In this document: positions 58,910-64,000 of the stretch, piece after piece
Position numbering within the stretch: position 1 is the stretch's first letter
Layout of the letters: each line of letters opens with the position of its first letter
Assembly (NCBI GenBank): GCA_973895155.1
Contig: OZ316893.1
Location: 26,338,798 to 26,402,797 of the forward strand
DNA length: 64,000 nucleotides
From: Marsupella aquatica
Taxonomy: Eukaryota; Plantae; Marchantiophyta
Direction of reading: 5' to 3'
Notes under the pieces: model-generated
What the model saw: only the letters and a program-made list of their open reading frames with translations
Told to the model about the DNA's origin: nothing
Databases searched by the model: none
Position numbers and translations under genes: made by a program

Positions 58910-61379
58910 GTCGATATAATTTTTTATTCACCCTGCATTCGCGAAAAAGAAATGTTTCCTGGTGAATGGTGGGGACACCCAAGTAAAACTTTAAGGTCAT
59001 GTGTTGAGTAATTATGGTCCTTGTCCATTGGTACGACTCCACCTGTAGCTTTTAATGTCTCAATACAAGATCTATTGTAGTTGTGCAAAGTTGAGCGTTG
59101 GAAACACTTTGAAAATCTTGACAGAGCAATGTGAGCCAATCATATGGCGGCCCGGGTCATCATACGTTGGGAGGTTTGCTCCGTTCGCGAGAATGAAAAG
59201 TTGGGATTACAAGAAGCTCAAAATTATATTACATATACACTTAAGCATCAAGTACAGGGCAATGTTAGCCCTCTCACGGAGTTTGTAGAGAAGAAGTGTA
59301 AGAACACAGCTAAAACGCAAGCAGAGGAGGACAAGGGCACTCAAAAGCTATCCAAGCAGTGTGAATTTATTGAAATGAGACAAGAGGGGGGCACAAGAGA
59401 TTAGCAAGAATGGCAGACCTCAAAGCCCTATCTCGGGAAGAGATTTTGCTTGGCAGGGTCACCAGGGAGCTAGGCAACAGCATGGGAGCGAGGCTACACG
59501 TCCCTGGGCGGGACCCAACACCACAACTATTGAACAAGGCAGGAAGTAAAAGTTGGGCCATGGCGTTCTCTCTTGTGTGGCTTTCGTCCCCGGGTGGCAG
59601 CTGTTTTGTTTGGGTTGGGGCCCTAGCTTTCCCCTCTTTACAATCTTCCTTTTCTTCATTGTTGGGTGTTTTACTTGTAGTAAAGTTTTGAAACTGATGA
59701 GGTGGACCACAATGTTTGATCTCAGGATTTTTCACACACAAAATAGTGAGCAATTATACAAGAGAAGTTGTTACTTAAGTAAAAAGTAACATTTTGAAGT
59801 GGTACATGCAAGTTGCAACAGACCATCCAAGCATCTTGTCAAACATTGTGGTCTATGGGAGTTTGGTGTTATAAACATTTCCTTTTTGTGAAAAGAAATT
59901 ATATATGGGTGAGGTGGGCATCTTGTACTTTTAGGTACAAGACTGTATATATAGTAGGGGTCTCAAAGCTCCAAAGCTCCAAAGTTCACAGTCATTGATA
60001 GTGAGTTATGGGTTACAGACACAATACTTATGGATGTCAAAATCAATGTTCTGTATCTTTTTGTTCTTAACACAAATCTTTAAGATATGGTGATAAGGAA
60101 ACTTCATAGGTTGAGCACAAAAAGTCACTTGATGATGAGAATGCTTGATGATGAGAATGCTGTAGTGTCATCCTATTTCCTGTGATAAATATATAAATAT
60201 TAAAATTTTGGGTGCATGTGATTGGCAAAATATTTGTGGTCCTTATGAAACCTCAAATAATTTTGTCATGTAAGTGTTAACCACAACTCCCGGTATTTAA
60301 GGGCCTTGCCGTGCAACCGGGGGTCCTTTCTTTTTGTACTCTGCTGCCCGGGCCCACCCATCATTACTTCCTGAGCCCACCGTCCCGCAACGCTCTGGGC
60401 CTCACCTTCCTGACGTGCGACATGTGCTTGTGATCATATGCTAGTCCCAGGCTCCCTCTCCTATGCTTATCTTGTGAAGGACTCGACGATTTCACAAAGA
60501 CATTTAAATTTCTAGGAATTGCGTCCTGCCAGTTGTGTCATCCCTTCGTCCTCCATGGCGGATGCATCAAGGTTGTTGTCCTCCCATTTGCCTCCATGTC
60601 CAGTGCTCAATTGGTTGTTGTCCTTCTAGTTGTAGCATAAAGCCTGCAGCTCGATGCAGGTTCTCACCATGTCTTCGTTCCACTTTCTTGATGTATGAAG
60701 TTTGTGTAATTGAAGTGAAGAAGGTCCCATCTATCTTGTAGCTGTCCGAAGTTGTCGTGTTTCTGTGAAGGGCGAATCTGCAATCTAGACTCCAAGGTGA
60801 TCAGCCGCTGACAATTCTTGAAGCTATGTCTCTTGCTTGGTTACTTTGTGTCAATGTTTCGCTGGTTTTATGACATTCTTTCATTCAGGAGTGGGATGAT
60901 ATATAAGGACAGTGAGTTACGATGTGAGAAGGCAGAGTGAGGAATTTGAGATTGTCGATTTTCCCATTGTCTCTTGGGATAGATTTGACAAGAGAGCAGA
61001 GGAAAGGAGAGGAGATTTCTCTTTTTTAGTTACATACACCATGATATGGGGATGAAGCTCTTGCGAGAGCTCTTGGAGTTATCTCCCACACAACTCTTGA
61101 AATCAAGACTACATTACATCCAAGATGCCTCTGGTACCTGACTAGAGGCGAAGAAGCCTTTGCTTGAGAGCCTAGAAGCAAGGATTGATGAGGGCGTGGT
61201 GATCCTCACCAATCATATAGATTCCTATTTTGCAGTCATTCAAAGCCACTGAATGATGCATTGCTTTTCTTACATCTCTCATGAAAAAATCTGTCATATT
61301 ATGATTTGTTTTTGTTTGAGATGTCTCTTGAGAAAACCTGTGACAGTATGATTTGTTACAGACTTTTCTTAGGTCCCTT

Positions 61380-61925
61380 GAGAGATATAAGGAAAGTCTC
61401 TCGATGCAGGTTCTCACCATGAGATGAGACTTTCCTTATATCGAGCTGCATCTATATCGATGCAGGTTCTCACCATGAGAGATATAAGGCAACTCGATAT
61501 AAGCAGGTTCGAGGCCCTGACCCAGGTTCGAGGCCTAACATCGGCAGAACTCCCACAACTTCACCAGCAAAATAATTTTTGTCCCCTCTAGGAAGCCACA
61601 AGTTTGGACCCCTCTAGAAAGCCACAAGTTTAGACTATTTTTAGTCCCCTCTAGAAAGCCACAAGTTTGGACCCCTCTAGAAAGGCACAAGTTTAGACTA
61701 AAGTATAGAAGTTGAAACTAGGGCTCATAATAGTCCTTTGATTTAGGAATAAAGTTTATTGTGCCTTTAGGAATCAAGTAGTTTGTGCCTTTGTGCCTTG
61801 GTTACTAACATGTGAGCCATGCACTAATTTTTTTTGTCTTCAAGTGGAATAAAGTAGTTTGTGCCTTTGTGTCTCGGTTACTAACATGTGAGCCTATGCA
61901 CTAATTTTTTTGTCTTCAAGTGACA
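61380..61925. repeat. Cluster of short tandem duplications (tcgatgcaggttctcaccatgaga x2; ccctctagaaagccacaagtttRgac x4; ~75-bp duplication)
   Basis: Read directly. The first motif also occurs at ~60651. Confidence 0.75.
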
Positions 61926-64000
61926 TCTATATCTTTTGAAGTGGGGATATACAATAGACTGTCTTTTGTAGATTTCTGTTATATTCCTTACTTTTTGAAA
62001 GTAAGAAAATACTCCGAGATCCATTGACATGTGCTATGCAACCTTTTTTTGTCTTCAAATGACTATATTTATTTCTTTTGAAGTATGGGTTTAGGGTCAA
62101 CATTTTTTGTGTTATGTTCCTTATTCTTTGAAATGGGAATCAGCCCTTCAAAACTTTACATGTGCGTTGCACCCCTTTTTAGAAGCATGCCTCACCTCTT
62201 TGACATGAGTGTTCCTATGCAGCAATATGGATGCAAGCGAGATGTCTGGGTCAAAATTATTGAACTCAATGATGGCTAATAAAAGTTGAGCTGGCAAGAG
62301 CTCAATTCACCCGACCATGCCCCTTTCATGATCTGCACCACTTCCTTAGTGGAATTCCAAAGAGATTTCCCTGAGTGGTGGACTGTGGTTCAATATTACC
62401 ATCTTGCCCTCAATCATACAGTTCCCTTGTCGGACCTTTGGATTTGTGCCACATATAGTTATTGTGAGACATTCATGCAAAGGAAGTGATTCCAAGTGTC
62501 TACACACTTGGCTGATGTTTGTGGATCAACAAGTAGAGTTACCTTACCCTGACTTATCAAGGATGTCATACTTGTGACTTGGTCGGGTGAGGGTGAAGAG
62601 GAATAATAGTAGCCAAGAGACTAGATCTTATATAAGTCATTTGCACCTGTCGACATCACATAATAATTAAGGGTGCATTATTTTATATTGTGATGCTCTC
62701 ATGTCCTCCGTCTGAATTGTGCCACCACATATGTTGAGGTAACTTGTTTTTGAGATATTGATTAGGAGTTACATTAATGATGTGTTTGTGACCCTTCACA
62801 TGGTATATGACAAACTTAATTTCTTTATCATTTGTCTCTTTATGTAGTGAAGGCATACACTCCTAAAGGGCAACCAAATATCCACATCCCTAAAATTTAT
62901 TTCCCAAATAATAAGAACTTCCATACAATAATGGCTCTTGGAGATTACCTGGAACCACCTCATGAGATCTATGGTGTGATGAACTGGATCTGGATCCAAG
63001 GTCTGTGCTATGGCTACACCGGATGGACCTCCCTGGTTAACGGGTGCCTCATGCACAAAAGCCTCTTGCGCAATTGATGTTGCCTCCGTTGCACGCCACC
63101 TCCTCAAGTGCTCGATGCGCTCACGTGACATGTCAAGTAACCAGTGAATAATTGTGGCATGTGTCGTGTCAGGATCATTGCCTAATAAGAGCCTCAACTC
63201 CTCCCACTCATCCCACCGCTCAAGTGGGACCCGGATTGCAGGCTTGGCATTTGGTCTCCTTTTTTTGTAATCTATGACATCACTAGGATACTTTGGTCTT
63301 GGAGGACCACCACCCCAAGAAGGTCAGGTGGCTCACCCCCATGTTCACCAGGAGTACTCATAGTGTCACTACCTAAAATGAAAGAAATAGCAAAATGAAG
63401 ACCAAATGCCAAGCCCCTCCGATGACTAAGGAAACAAAGAGCAAAACAAATGTATGAAATGGTCCCTACCTAATCCAATGTGCAACCTATCTCATTGCGC
63501 AAATGAACTAATGGTCTTGGAATTCTTGATTTATGATCCATACCCCCCCCTCTCACCGCTAGACACTAGTCTCCCATTGGGTATCATAAAATGCCTCAGG
63601 TCATTGGGAGGCGTTGGATTTCAGATCCAAGGGCCCTAGTAATGTACCATACTCAACTACCACACATGATTTGTTTTTCACGATCACCTTATGGTGGGCA
63701 CAAGGCATTTTAGGGTCGTTGGATTGATCATTGGAACAACCCAAATCTCATAGTCTAGTCAAGATCCTGTGGAACTCTGCAAGTGCAGGTATGGTCATGC
63801 ACATAAAAGTGGTCAAAATCAAGGCTCAAGCTCAAGACCTCCTCTGTACCAAGCAAATACGCCAGCCACAAGCCATCAAGACTGATATACTAAGCTAAAT
63901 CCTAAAGTATACAAGAACAGAAAATAAGAGTTTGAGTTGTATTGCAACTGCCATCCGAAACACTCTCCAACTAATTCAAAATTTTCTCCTGGACCAATCA

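Overview
Eukaryotic land-plant nuclear DNA with GT-AG introns, long UTRs and intergenic repeat debris. A bryophyte or liverwort origin is inferred from gene style only. Eight protein-coding genes can be modelled by hand: 5'-truncated WDR74/NSA1 (+), PEX11c/d/e-type peroxin (-), MED6 (+), a two-SANT-domain protein (+), an intronless zf-C3Hc3H KANSL2/INO80D-like gene (-), an FHA-BRCT-RING-PHD gene (+), golgin GC5/TMF1 (-) and an intronless RPL7/uL30 (-). The most striking structure is a ~5.3 kb imperfect palindrome (25.6-30.9 kb): a ~1.27 kb upstream leader is duplicated in inverted orientation and precedes two unrelated, divergently transcribed genes. Also notable are a SANT protein whose C-terminal half appears colinear with animal M18BP1 but has no SANTA domain, an unusual FHA-BRCT-RING-PHD architecture, a Harbinger-like MITE flanked by a 50-bp duplication, a tRNA-derived SINE-like family and several tandem arrays. 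No CRISPR array, rRNA or intact tRNA was found. All homology calls come from motif recognition without database searches, and exon boundaries were read by eye.
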